From NCBI GenBank assembly GCA_002269645.1, contig NIVC01002640.1, forward strand, positions 1 through 53,151: DNA of 53,151 bases, read 5' to 3'. Below the pieces are notes generated by a model. That model had not been told where the DNA came from and searched no databases. It worked only from the letters and a program-made list of their open reading frames with translations. A program made the position numbers and the translations under genes. Origin of the DNA: Macrostomum lignano. Lineage: Eukaryota. Positions 11,272 through 25,014 of this stretch are shown here, in pieces (the stretch's first letter is position 1; each line of letters opens with the position of its first letter).

Positions 11272-11800
11272 CCCAGACTCCGTCATGCTGTGCTCAGTCA
11301 GTCTCAGCCCGCCAGTCTCCTTCCCCTCAGACTCGCCATCATGCTGTGCTCAGTCAGTCTCAGCCCGCCAGTCTCCCTCCCCTCAGACTCACAATCATGC
11401 TGTGCTCAGTCAGTCTCAGCCCGCCAGTCTCCTTCCCCTCAGAGACTCCATCATGCTGTGCTCAGTCAGTCTCAGCCCGCCTGTCTCCTTCCCCTCAGAG
11501 ACTCCATCATGCTGTGCTCAATCAGTCTCAGCCCGCCAGTCTCCTTCCTCTCAGACTCCATCATGCTGTACTCAATCAGTCTCAGCCCGCCAGTCTCCTT
11601 CCTCTCAGACTCCATCATGCTGTACTCAATCAGTCTCAGCCCGCCAGTCTCCTTCCCCTCAGACTCCATCATGCTGTGCTCAGTCAGTCTCAGCCCGCCT
11701 GTCTCCTTCCCCACAGACTCACCATCATGCTGTGCTCAGTCAGTCTCAGCCCGCCTGTCTCCTTCCCCTCAGACTCCATCATGCTGTGCTCAGTCAGTCA
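11272..11800. repeat. ~54-bp minisatellite x~10 (ATCATGCTGTGCTCAGTCAGTCTCAGCCCGCCAGTCTCCTTCCCCTCAGACTCC)
   Basis: Read directly; source of the 11.1-11.9 kb ORFs. Confidence 0.95.
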
Positions 11801-12902
11801 CTCAGTTAGCCAATCGTTAAGTAGCCACTCTGACCGCCTTACTCTGAGCACCTCTGAGCACTTTTTCCTGGCAGCTTTTTGTGCATCAGTCGTGTGAGTA
11901 AATGGATAATGCAATGGTCGGTTTCGGTTGATCAAAGCAAAGTACAATGGGCCAAGGCAAAGTGCACACTCGCGGCTCATTTACAGGCCATCGTAATTAG
12001 CGAGACAGGCATGATTTGCGGTCAGGGGGTGCTGCAATCGATGGTAGCTAGCTGGCCTCAAGTAAGAGGCATCTGACTGCGCGCCTAATATACGCCTCGT
12101 ACTCGTAAATGTATGGGTATGCAGTACATGTATCATAATTCATTATTCAGAGTTTAAGGCCCTAGTTATAATAGAAAGCAAAAATTTTCAAGTCAAAAAA
12201 CCTGTTATTGGCTCCGTATTATACTTATCTAATTTCATTTATTTCTTTATTATTCCATTTATTATTTCAATGAAGCCGTAACTATCAGGATGCTTGCTAA
12301 GTTGTGGCTCTGGGTAAGTTCCAGGCATTTGCTGCAGTGGGATTGGCAAAAAGAAGTCGTGCAAATCTTTCAAATTTTTAATTATTTCTGCCTCTCGCTT
12401 TCAAGCCAGTCTTTTACTCTAATTGCATGCACCTGTTTGCGCTCCTCTGAGTCTCTCCTTTTCCCCGGGCTTGGGGATCAGTGACCTTTCTGTTTAATTA
12501 GTAAATTATTTTTTGAATTGCTGCACTGTTTCTCTGAATACTATATTATTAATGCTTTGTATGTTGTTATAGAGTGACCCTTTTTGTCCACTTAGGGCGC
12601 TGCCGCCCTGTGCACTTAGTAAGACAATAAATAAGTTTTAATCTTTTGACATTTTCTCGTATTTGAATTCATATTTTGAGTATTATATTTTGAGTATAAA
12701 AATTTTAGTATGTAGGAAGTATGCTGGTATTTGTACACTGACAGAAATGCAATGGCGATCACTTTCCTTATTTAATTTGCTCGGAACTTTTATTGCCCCT
12801 GTGTAATGAAGCTATTTTGTTGTACATGTACAAATATATTAATTACCCAATGTACTGCAATTCTCTGCGAGTTATTCTTGTTCATTTTCTCTATTGCGTG
12901 AG

Positions 12903-13150
12903 GTTGGCTCACTGAAGAATCGGGGGGTTTGGGTGAGGGGTTCAGACTGGCTCACTGAAGAATCTGGGGTTTGGGTGAGGGGTTCAGTCTGGCTCACTGA
13001 AGAATCGGGGGTTTGGGTGAGGGGTTCAGACTGGCTCATTGAAGAATCCGGGGTTGGGTGGGGGGTTCAGTCTGGCTCACTGAAGAATCGGGGGTTTGGG
13101 TAGGGGTTCAGCTCACTGGAGAATGGGGGTGAGTGAGAGGTTCAACCCAC
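12903..13150. repeat. 42-bp minisatellite x~6 (CTGGCTCACTGAAGAATCGGGGGTTTGGGTGAGGGGTTCAGA)
   Basis: Read directly. Confidence 0.9.
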
Positions 13151-13456
13151 CCCAGCCCAGCGGGTGTCAGTCTATCGGCCCGTGAATTTCGCATTCGGGA
13201 AGCACTGAAGTTTTTTGTTTCAACTGCTTGACAAAGCTCGCATCGGGACAGTGACAGTTTGAACTCGTCACCCTGTTTCAGTGGAGCCCTGCCTCTTCTT
13301 CGAGCTTGGCCAGTGTTGCAAAAGCATCGCTCGAATTCGCGCAGTGGCTGCGACAAAACAGCAACCTCTTAGCAGGACTGCAGCAGTGTAAGCAGATTTG
13401 ATACTCGTAGTTAATCTGATGGTCTCAACCTAAGTCGGAGTGAAATGCATGCTGTT

Positions 13457-13886
13457 TAATCCTCAATGCGAGCAAACAATGTACATTGGCCTATCCTCAA
13501 TGCGAACAGACAATGTACACTGGCCTATCCTCAATGCGAGCAGACAATATACACTGGCCTATCCTCAATGCGAACAGACAATGTACACTGGCCTATCCTC
13601 AATGCGAGCAAACAATATACACTGGCCTATCCTCAATGCGAACAGACAATGTACACTGGCCTATCCTCAATGCGAACAGACAATGTACATTGGCCTATCC
13701 TCAATGCGAGCAGACAATGTGCATTGGCCTATCCTCAATGCGAGCAGACAATGTACATTGGCCTATCCTCAATGCGAGCAGACAATGTACATTGGCCTAT
13801 CCTCAATGCGAGCAGACAATGTACATTGGCCTATCCTCAATGCGAGCAGACAATGTACATTGGCCTATCCTCAATGCGAGCAGACA
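13457..13886. repeat. 34-bp minisatellite x~12 (CCTATCCTCAATGCGAGCAGACAATGTACATTGG)
   Basis: Read directly. Confidence 0.95.
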
Positions 13887-16007
13887 TCAAATTGGCGCAC
13901 CTGGCTGAGTAGCAGTTCTCAACTGGCTGCAGGCAACAATAGTCGTATCTCAAAAAATTTCTCCTGCTGAATACGCGTGCACTTTAATTTTTGGAGGCAA
14001 TGGGTACTTCTTGCATGTTTCTTTTGTCAGAGAGAGAGACAGCTTTCTGTAACATCCAATGTTTCACGCCTTTCTCCTCCTCCCATTCTTTCTGCAGCTC
14101 CATCAGTGTCAATTCTCACAGCCTCGCGGCTCTTCGCATTCCTATTGTTCTTCGTCGCCACTGCACTCGGCTAGGAAAGGAAGTTGTTTTGAGACTGGCG
14201 CAGTCTTGTCAGTTTGTCCTCTTATTGGCCCTCCTCCCGGTCCTGTTATCCGAGACTGGCCACGAGTGTGAACTCTGCTTTTAAAAAAGAGGCTAAGGAG
14301 AAGAACCCGGCTCAAGAGAAGAGCCGGGTGCTGAGGGTGTGACTGAGAAGTGCGGCGTGTTCGGCCCTGTAGGCTCAAACTCATAAATTCCTTGGCTGTG
14401 CGACAGCAAAAGTCGTCGTTAATCACGAGGCGGGTGGGGCAGGACTTTCTGTCGACCTTGAATGAGGCTCTTCAGCCGCCTGGATTGCTCGAATCGGAGG
14501 TCTGTTTTCGGCCGCCCCTCCGCCTCATCATCGTCTCCCAGTCTCCCATGTCCAGTCGAAAAATCTCATCTGCCTTCTGCTCAGCGCTGAGAAGAAAGTT
14601 GCGTGCCAGCTCTCGCGTTTCTGTCCATCTACGGCCGCCGCCCCTATCTCTTCCGATGATCGGGGGGACTGGGTGAGCTTCATCAAGCCTTTCCCAGCTT
14701 CCTTGTCCCTTGTCTGCAGTCGCTTCATCAAAAATTCTTTCCGCCGAACTGTGTAGCGAAACTTTGCGTCGCCTGCCGCCTTTCCTTCTGCCCGTGCCGC
14801 ACCGCGTCCTCGCTACACTGGCCGGCTTCGCGCCACTTTTCCTCGCGCTCCTCCTGCTTGGCGCCCGTGCGGAGACTCGGAGGGCGCGCATTAGCAGCGG
14901 CCCAATTGATGCTGCCAGTCTCATCAGCCAGCGTCGGCTTGACTGCAAATGTTATTTTCCTGGGAACCAAAATTTCCCCCCCCCCACCAGCTAGTTTCAT
15001 CCTCTCTCCCCATCTGCTTTGTCCCCCGCTGCAGCGTCTCAGTCCTTTTATCATGCAAAACTCCTAAGTATCGCTCACGGGCCCATAGTTTAGTGCGGGG
15101 GTTGGCTAGCCGGCTGAATATTTAAGAATAGAGCAAATTTTAAAGCGCTGCCCAGAAAAGTCGGGGTAGACAAGACTGCTCAAGAGGGCGAGGGCCGGAG
15201 ACGGTTGATGAGGATGGAGGCATGCAATTGCAACTGCGACTGTCGCTCGCTGTATTAAGAGAAGTTTCTTTGCCCTTCCACCCAACTTCTCTCGGGGTTC
15301 TCCTTTCCTCTCCCTTGCTCAACCTTCCCAATCTTTTTGCTCCACGCCTGTTTCCCTTCACCCTGCTGTGTGAGCGCGCCCGCCTCTTTTCTCATTTTTC
15401 TCGGAGTTGCAGCAGACCGATCTGGAGCAGCTACTCTTGCAATTGGCCTCCCCCCCACGGTACTCTCCGCGTTCGCCCATGGCGCGTCCGCATTCAATGA
15501 TTGGGGGGAGCCAGGGGGCAGGCCGAGGACTGTTGGGCAGCGGGCGGGCGAATGAGGCATTCTCATCTATTCTTGCCCTCCGCGTCCCCTCCCTGCCCCC
15601 CTCTAGTCCCCTTATAGAGCCAATGCGCTGAATCGTGGGAGAGCAGCGCGAAAACGGGTTAGCAGCAGCGATCGAGCGATTTCCTGTAACAGCAGCAGAA
15701 GCAGCAGAAACGTTCCCCTGAGGCTTGTCGAATCGAGTCAGCGCCAGTATTTGGTCTGTCTGTCTGCATTCCCCACTTCCCCACTTCCTGCTCTCGTACC
15801 CTCGCAGTGGCGGCAATAGCCATTTTGCGGCCGGGCCTCCTCTCACTTACTAATATTATTGTGTGCAGCCAGCGTCCATTGAGCCAGCCGCAAAGGCGGT
15901 GAAACTCGCGTGCTCAAGCTTTGCTACTGCTGCGCCATCTAAGGTGAGCCTTGCCCGGATTTCTCTTTGCCCGATTCCTTCTGTTCCTTGCGTTTCTTGT
16001 TGCTGGC

Positions 16008-16380
<373 letters not shown>

Positions 16381-18411
16381 GAATCCGTGCGTAGCCACAT
16401 TAATCCGGGCTTGTGCACTAAAATTGGCCGATGGTTGTCGTGCAATTCATACCGACGGCCAACTCACGAGGCACAAACAGTGCATGCATGTGCTCAGGAG
16501 TCAGCAGAATGGGCAGGATTGCCCCATCGCTGGTTTTGGGACGACAATTTCGTCGTGGGCACCAGGCTGCTCACCGCCTCTCTCCTGCGAATATTTAATT
16601 ATCTGCCTGTCTATCTATCTTCGACTCTTAGTATCTTAGAATATGTCTGTCTGTGTCAATGTCAGTCTCTATCTATCTTTCGTATGCCCCGAAAAGAGTA
16701 CATCAAATTAGCAGTTTTCACTCCGTACCCAGCTACTTAATTTTTAATGAGCAAATATATATTAGAAGTGCTTCAAAGGCCTTCTCTGCTCTTCCCAGTT
16801 GCTTTTTTCGCACCAAGTGAAGTCAGTAAAATTTTAGACTGCTAGCTGGCAGCTGCAGTTAAATGGCTGAGCTGGCAGATCTTGTAACCCAATCTGTTGC
16901 CAAGCAATATTGAAAGCCTGATCGATTTCGATGAGTCAATTTTCATTGCATTCAGTTTGAGTTGCTGCTCGCTTATCCCAACAATTCCCATGCCTGGCAG
17001 CTGCTGCCACCTGCTCTCACTGCTCAGGCTGCCCCGATAGATCGATTGAAATATCTACACCGATGAGGCGCTGGAATGCGAGCTGAGGTGTTCGGTTCCC
17101 AGCCTCTTCCCCAGTTTTCCGCTTGAAAACAACTCTCGCCACTCGAGAAACCCATTCTCATTGCCGGCCGTCCATATCCTGTTTCTTCTTCTCAGCAGAA
17201 TCTCATTCTTCATCAGTTCTTTTTTCTGCGCGGTCTCGAGGTCATTGCCAGTGAATGGAGGGCTCTCTATTTTTAGAGGGCCTGGCATTGGGAGAGCTGT
17301 CGCGTGTGCTCTGTGCTGCTCTCATGAAAAATGCAGATCTGCGCGCCAAGGCCGAAGGTCGCCGTCTGCCTGTCTGTCCTTAGCGGTGGGTCTCAGAATT
17401 CTCCCCTTCTCTCTCTCTCTCCCTCTCTCTGGGCCCGCCCGCCCCCAGTCCCTATTGCGGGCACATAATAGCTAAAACTGCATGGGGGAAATCTTTGCGG
17501 CCCTGGAATCAAAGAGTGAGCTGGGGATGGAGAAAAGAGGAAAATGGTTTTCGGCCGAGGTTAATATCGGCCGCGCTTTGCCCCGGACCGCTGCTCGCCG
17601 CTCTGCCCGCCTCCATGGCAGCTCCTGTGAGGCCGCCTCAATCGGCCTATCTGACTCTATCGGCCACTGGCTGCATACTTTATTATTAACTTTACTATTT
17701 GCCCCAGCATTAGTGCCAGGCCCCTGTCTGTCTCCCCTTTCCCTGTCCCTCTTCTGTGTCTCTAGTGCCTACTCAGCGCGCGGCCTTGGAACTGGTTTTG
17801 AGTATTCAGACCGAGCTGCTCTCTCCTCTCGCTCTCGTTTTTTTCTTATATTATTTCGGCCGCGCTCCCTCCGGGTCGGGTCCTCTGGATTTGTTAACGA
17901 TTTCCTATGCATGAATTCTTGTATGGGAGGCAGCTGTTTTCCTGTGTCAAACTTGCTCAAGACTTCGATCTGTTGCCTGTCTTGGCTGTTATTGTGCCGG
18001 CTGCTTCTCAAAGCCCCGCCAGAGATTCTGCTGGCTTAGGGTGCGCATCCAAAGTCAGCTCGTGCATAGCCAATTAGCTATGCAGAACTGCATTGATCGG
18101 AGGGCGCTGCAGGAGCTTATTAAATTCAATTATGATTGATTAGGCTAATTTGACGGCATGCTCAGTGAACTGGGTTGCACAGTTAGGCATGTTTTCTCAC
18201 CAATAGGGCTAGTTATAGTCAAGTTTGCTGGGGGCTTTGGGCGACAGTCTGCCCGCATGCAGCAAGCTTACTCACTGAGCACACAGGTACACAGAGGCCC
18301 CGACTTTATCATCGTCAGGTTTGTGCTTTGGGGCCGGCCCTCGTGGGCGGGAATCACCCGAGAAGCCCCGAGCCACTTTTTATGCACTGAGGCCCACCCG
18401 GCACTTTAGCG

Positions 18412-18695
18412 CGAGCCCCCCCCCCACTCGGGCCCCCCACTCGGGCCCCCCCACTCGAGCCCCCCCACTCGGGCCCCCCCACTCGGGCCCCCCACTCGGG
18501 CCCCCCCACTCGGGCCCCCCACTCGGGCCCCCCCCCACTCGGGCCCCCCCACTCGAGCCCCCACCACTCGAGCCCCCCCACTCGGGCCCCCACTCTGCCC
18601 CCCACTCGAGCCCCCCTCGAGCCCCCCCCACTCAAGCCCCCCCACTCGAGCCCCCCTTCTCGAGTCCCCCCTTCTCGAGTCCCCCTCTCGAGCCC
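18412..18695. repeat. ~14-bp C-rich minisatellite (CACTCGGGCCCCCC / CACTCGAGCCCCCC)
   Basis: Read directly. Confidence 0.9.
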
Positions 18696-20423
18696 CTCCG
18701 TTCTACGAGTCGTTTCTTTCTAGCAGGTCCTGGCGCGTCTATTCAGTCTCTTCAAGAAGGATTTTTTCGAATTCAAATGGTTTCCCAAAGCAGAATTTTA
18801 TTGTTAATCTGTAGCCCTAAATCACGGCACGCTGCCCACTGGTTCTTATGCTAATAGCCGCAGAGCCGTCCAGTGTTTATAAGAAGCAGGATGGCAACAA
18901 TTAGCATGATGAAGTGGCGCGGCCGATTTCATTCGGGAAGTTTTTTTGCAATCCGCTACCCGAGTATCCTCGGAGCGGTTTTGAAAAGTTTTTTTTTATT
19001 GCGCGGAAACAGATTTTATTAGCTGCCTTATATGGAAATTGCGGAGGACTATGAATGTCGGGGATTCAAAGGGCAGACCGTGCGAGAGAGTGGGTTAATA
19101 ATCCCCAGCAACCGAATTCCTTGGCCAGGCAGGCTGGCTAGCAGCGCTGCGTGTCCTCAGCATGCGCTTCCAGGCCGCCTTGACCTGCCCGCTGCGTTGC
19201 TTTTGAAGTCCTTCCAGTGCTCTGTCCGCTGCACTCTCCGTTCTCCCTACCTCTCCCCTCAACCCCGCCAGTCTGCTTCGCTTCGTAAAATTCACTCAGA
19301 CATTGCTTAATTATTTATTCGGCGCTAAAGCCGTCTGCTCAACCCCCCCCCCCAACCCACTGAGCGGTCCGCCATGATCGTCTGGCTTAGTCGAACTTGC
19401 ACCTCTGCCTGCCTTTATGCGCCACTCTGACTTGCCGACTCCGGGATAATTAGAGTTCATGATAATCGCTAATCATTGCGCTGCTATGCTCCGGGATTAA
19501 CCGCATTTTCCCCGCCTCACTGCATCTGACCTCGCCTGTCTGTATGTGTTCCTCTGTGTCCGTCTGTTGTCTGTCTGCCTGTATTTCCCTGTCAGCCCAG
19601 CTCAAAACTGCGTGCTCCCGGGCTCACTTAACTCAGCCAGCCTTTGGCGCCTCAGGGCAGTCCCGGCACGGTTGAATTGCTGGACAGTTTGGCTGCCCCC
19701 CCTTCAGTCTCCTGGCCCCGCGCTCAGATTTCTCTGAATTCCTCTACTCTCTGAGTTTCTCGGAATGCTCCTAACGGTCTCGGCAAAGTTTGGGGTCTGG
19801 GCTGCCGAGCTGTCGGTATCCTCCGCACAATTCGAGTAGAATATTGAATTTGCGAATTCGGCTCTCAAGTTTCTGGGAATCTGACAAAAGAGGCTCTGAT
19901 GAGTTTTGCCAGCAGCTGCGCTGGACCTCCGGCCTTAATTTCCCCCCCCCCAACCAGCCTCCTTGTAAGCTGAGCTGCCTTTATTGGCTCAGATTTTAGT
20001 CAAACTGAACTGTCCGCTATTCACACATCAGCTGCTCCGCCCTCCTTTGCGCTCAATCCCGGATGCCCGGCTCCGGGCTGCTCATTAATCGAGCCAAAAA
20101 CGGTTCATTCATTTGTTTGCCGTAGAAGGCTGTGCACTTTCCTTATGAGTTGGGCATGCCTCAGGACTATGAGAGGGGGTGGTAGCAGTTCGTGCGCGCC
20201 AGCAGTGCACCGGGCTTGCCTGTCTCAGTTTCTTGTTCGCTCTCTCAGTAGAGTTGGGCAGACTTTTGTTAAGCAAAAAATGACAGGGTTGCAGCTGCTT
20301 AGGGATTTGTACCTGTGCGCGTTGCCTGACAAATACTACATGTATGTGTGAGCAAATTGCACTGTCTTTGCTTTGTGTGTCTCCTCTACAGTTACATGAA
20401 TGTCCGATTGTTTGGCTTTTGTC

Positions 20424-20810
20424 TGGCTGTGTCCTTGTGTGCCTATGCAGCCATGGAAACAGTGTGAGCTGTGTCTTTGTGTGTCTATGCAACCATGGAA
20501 ACAGTGTGAGCTGTGTCCTTGTGTGCCTATGCAGCCATGGAAACAGTGTGAGCTGTGTCCTTGTGTGCCTATGCAACCATGGAAACAGTGTGAGCTGTGT
20601 CCTTGTGTGCCTATGCAGCCATGGAAACAGTGTGAGCTGTGTCCTTGTGTGTCTATGCAGCCATGGAAACAGTGTGAGCTGTGTCCTTGTGTGTCTATGC
20701 AGCCATGGAAACAGTGTGAGCTGTGTCCTTGTGTGTCTATGCAGCCATGGAAACAGTGTGAGCTGTGTCCTTGTGTGTCTATGCAGCCATGGAAACAGTG
20801 TGAGCTGTGA
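20424..20810. repeat. 42-bp minisatellite x9 (GTGTCCTTGTGTGTCTATGCAGCCATGGAAACAGTGTGAGCT)
   Basis: Read directly. Confidence 0.95.
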
Positions 20811-21993
20811 GTTGGTTTAGGGTTAGAGCTAGGGTTAGGATTAAATATCTGTTCAAAACTGCTTTGCAGGCAACATTTCAACTTCGTGTGCACGATGTCA
20901 GCGCCATAAATGCATCTTTTCGTTGAAAGATGAATAGGCAAAAGCAACGAGTTGGTAAAAGCCCCCTGATTAGTGCAAGCGCACTGGATCGAGCTGGCCT
21001 GCCGGGCGCTGGTCAACCAGACAGGCACTCATGCGGGTGTTTGTGTTGCGATCGCGTGACCTGTAGTGCCCGGCAGGGCGAGATATCGTATCGTTGCGCT
21101 TGTGTAAATGTCAACTCTTTGAGAGGGGAGCCGGCGCAGGTTAATTGCTGCGAGCTGCTGCTCCGCCGTCTCACCTTTCTCTCTTGGTGACAGCAGCTTG
21201 CAGAGAGCTGGGGCTCATCAGCTAAGGCTTGGGCTGAGAGCAATGCGCGGCACCTCTAGTGCTGCTGGGGTGAGCTGTGCGCTGCCCCGCCCCTCCATTT
21301 CCTCCCCTACCGTAGCCGAACTCTAAGTGAGCCGTGACAGGCAGTGTGCGGCTCAGCAGCTTATAAATAAATCAAATCAGGGCCGGTGCTTCTCCCGTGT
21401 CTGGCCGCCTGCCTGTCAGTAGCATTCTATCCTGAGGTATCCCCGAACACTGCTCGTCTGTCTGTTGTAGCTTTTTTAATTGCTAGTCTACTCAAACTCA
21501 AACTGCTGACGGTCCGTTAATGCTGCAGATTATCGCTGCTCAAATATTCGCCATTTCGTTGGCCAGGAAAATCCTGGGAAACTGCTGCTGCTGCTGCCGC
21601 TTCTAGAAGGATCTTAGGGGAGAATAAAGTGAGAGTTCGAACCGCGCCGGATTGGGATGCGTGGGATTTTTGGGATCCGGCGGCGGCGGGATTTGAGGCC
21701 GGCTTATCTGCTGTTATTGCCGGGAGTGAAGACAGAAAATGGAACCGTTAAGAGCCGTGCGGCTGAACTGTGAGAACGGGGGACGGGGCGGAGAGAGATA
21801 GGGGAAAGGCACCAGATCCCCTGATCGCCTGCTTTCTCCTGCACTTTTGCTGCAGGATCGCCTCTCCCTCCCCTGCCAAAATCCTCAAGCAAGTTCCGCC
21901 TTTTCTCCGCTTCCTTTGCAGCTTCAGCCCTCAGCGGCTGGCGAGTCATGTGAGCTTCTGACAAGCAGCCGGCCCCCTGCACACCCAGCAAGC

Positions 21994-22125
21994 ATGAGCA
22001 GTCGCGGCTCAACCAAACAGCCCCCAGCAACCGTTGCCAAGGGCGTCAACTCCAATTCCGGGGCGGGTGCAGCCTCTTCTTCGTCTTCATCATTGGCAAA
22101 TTGTAGTAGAAGCCAACGTAATCAG
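21994..22125 (+). CDS. Possible first coding exon (MSSRGSTKQPPATVAKG...RSQRNQ) of a long calmodulin-like isoform
   Basis: ATG at 21994, 44 open codons, and a strong phase-0 donor CAG|GTGAGA followed by a minisatellite, as in the other introns. The phase fits the 34459 acceptor. No homology recognised. Confidence 0.4.
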
Positions 22126-22154
22126 GTGAGACCGTTACTGCTGTGCTTAAGCCT

Positions 22155-22930
22155 GTGTTCTGTACAGCTGTCTGTGTCAGTTAGCATCCAGGTGTACAGC
22201 TGTCTGTGTCAGTTAGCATCCAGGTGTACAGCTGTCTGTGTCAGTTAGCATCCAGGTGTACAGCTGTCTGTGTCAGTTAGCATCCAGGTGTACAGCTGTC
22301 TGTGTCAGTTAGCATTCAGGTGTACAGCTGTCTGTGTCAGTTAGCATCCAGGTGTACAGCTGTCTGTGTCAGTTAGCATCCAGGTGTACAGCTGTCTGTG
22401 TCAGTTAGCATCCACATGTACTACAGCTGTCTGTGTCAGTTAGCATCCAGGTGTACAGCTGTCTGTGTCAGTTAGCATCCAGGTGTACAGCTGTCTGTGT
22501 CAGTTAGCATCCACATGTACTACAGCTGTCTGTGTCAGTTAGCATCCAGGTGTACAGCTGTCTGTGTCAGTTAGCATCCACATGTACTACAGCTGTCTGT
22601 GTCAGTAGCATCCACATGTACTACAGCTGTCTGTGTCAGTAGCATCCACATGTACTACAGCTGTCTGTGTCAGTTAGCATTCAGGTGTACAGCTGTCTGT
22701 GTCAGTTAGCATTCAGGTGTACAGCTGTCTGTGTCAGTTAACATCCAGGTGTACAGCTGTCTGTGTCAGTTAACATCCAGGTGTACAGCTGTCTGTGTCA
22801 GTTAGCATCCAGGTGTACAGCTGTCTGTGTCAGTTAACATCCAGGTGTACAGCTGTCTGTGTCAGTTAGCATCCAGGTGTACAGCTGTCTGTCAGTTGTC
22901 ATATAGGTGTACAGCTGTCTGTGTCAGCAC
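22155..22930. repeat. 32-bp minisatellite x~24 (TACAGCTGTCTGTGTCAGTTAGCATCCAGGTG)
   Basis: Read directly. Confidence 0.95.
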
Positions 22931-23813
22931 AACTGTATGTATTAGTGTGCATGCTTACAGTTTCCCGTGCTCTGGTACAAATGTCTGCTTTCCGCCATTA
23001 AAGTCTCGGTGCCCCTGTAACTCCTAAAGTCACGCAACGCCGACATGTTGTGCAGTTTGAAAAAGGATGTAATTTGAAAAAAATTTCTGGCGATTCGAGA
23101 ACCTTTTTTGCCTATAGAAATTCTGTAGGCATTGATGCAGGCCTGGCGCTGCCGGTGGAGCACGGCGGAGGGTGGAGGGAGAAGGAGGGAGAGCCGAGTG
23201 GAGTGCCCGCCGCCCTGCCCACAGCAGGTGGCATCAAGCATCTAGCGGGATGGTTAGCAGGCAATCTCAGGCCTGAGCTGCTGCTGCAGCGGCTCAGCGG
23301 CGCCCCATTTCGTGCGTGTAATTATCCCCACCCTTCCCCCCTTTTATTTTCCTCATCCCTTAGCTCTCCCGTTTTTCCCTTCCCGCACTCTCCCGAGTCG
23401 AGTGGGGGGGCTCAGGTTTTTTGTGCCGCTCTCGCTGTATTAATATTAGAGCGGCTGGGCCTGACAGGCAGCCCGGTGGCAGGCGGCTGTGGGGCAGCAA
23501 AGCTGAGCTTGGGATTCTGTCCGATCCTCCTCTTCAAGCCTCTCTATTGAAGTCTGCGTGGCTTCAACACGCTCACACGGGGTGTACAACCGCCCTGACT
23601 GTCTAATCTATATCATCTGTCATCTATCTATGTAACATGCGATTGTCTGAAGGTTTTGTTACGTCGTGTACCATTCCCGACTGCGGCTTTTAAATCTACG
23701 TGTATGATACCATCGCGTTGGGGCTATATGTACTTAATTAAACCATGCAATTGTCTATGGTCAAGACTATGTCGTTTATGGGACTGTTTCACTTACTGTG
23801 GGCCAGAAAACTA

Positions 23814-24793
23814 TAGGATTTTTCGTTTGATTTCATAAAATAGCCATTTGATTTCGTCCATAGAAGTTGGCAGCGCGGCCATAGAGTCTATGGCAATAAA
23901 GTGCACTGTTTTCCGATTGAATTCATAACTTTGCCACTTCATTTCGACATACCCAGTAGAAAGGCAACAGAAAAGTCGATGCGCTTGTCCAGTACAGAAA
24001 GAACTGTTAAAAACAGAAAGCTGTGTATTTAAGTCACATGAGGAAGTAGGCAGTTGCAACAGTGAAATCAGTTATGTCCGCCAAAGTTAATGCTCGTTCG
24101 CTGCAAAAAGCTACAAATTTCACATTATCTGCTGCTCATTGATGCACAGGGGCAGAAACCGCATCACATGTCGTTCCCAGGCAAGGCACTTCGCGGCGGA
24201 AATTTCCTCTCGTGCAACGTAGCCGCAGCGGAAAAGCACCATGAGTCTCCACTGCGTTAGGTTGATGCCATCAGGCGGATAGCTAAGTTCCTGTTGAAGC
24301 TCAGGTGTTGCTAGCTGGCGTTTAAGCGAAGCCTTGAGACAACTGTGTGCCTGCTCCGCGGCGTTAAGAAATGGAGTACACTTCACTATGGAGTACACTG
24401 TCTGTTTGTTGATGTTGAGCCATCGCGCTATGTCCGTCACTTTCTCACCCCTGTTCATTGCTTCAATGACAAGATGCCTTCTGTCGTTTCCAATGGACGC
24501 GTATGCAGCCATTTTTAGGCACACAAGGAAGGTGACTGTTGCCCAAGAAGAGGACACGTTCATATAGGCTTTTCATTTCTATGAGAGGTTTGGCCATAGA
24601 TATTCACCCACTGATATCCCAGCCCCCTCTGGCAGTGTTTGAGCCACTCCGCGCGCCAAGTCGAAATGAAGTGGCAAAGTTATGAATTCAATCGGAAAAC
24701 AGTGCACTTTATTGCCATAGACTCTATGGCCGCGCTGCCAACTTCTATGGACGAAATCAAATGACAATTTTATGAAATCAAACGAAAAACCTA
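23814..24793 (-). mobile_element. Internally deleted IS630/Tc1-superfamily DNA transposon (~980 bp)
   Basis: ~135-bp TIRs (23814-23948 / 24660-24793; 2 substitutions + 1 indel) with TA on both flanks. The minus ORF (ATG 24512 to 24120) has an HTH (EAMNRGEKVTDIARWLNINKQTVYSIVK) joined to a TPFLNAAE motif (SPxLNPIE-like) and a C-terminal helix. The DD core is missing. Confidence 0.85.
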
Positions 24794-25014
24794 TATTTAG
24801 AGCACTTAGAAAAAAGTTGCTATGCTCTGCTCTTGTTCTAGTGCTTTAACATTTGTTTAGTAAGCCTTATTTGGACTCTCTAAACGCTAATAATCAACAA
24901 TTTCAACAATGAGAAAATAATTTAGTAGAATAGCCCAGCTGGGGGTCGCCATTAAAAACTCAAAAAATCACAAATCTGAAATATCATAACTCCGAAAATC
25001 AAAATAGCAACACC

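Noticed and set aside
14305-14329. Perfect 9-bp hairpin ACCCGGCTC-N7-GAGCCGGGT (Helitron end or terminator?)
   Set aside because: No CTRR terminus at the right distance; hairpins of this size are expected by chance in 53 kb.
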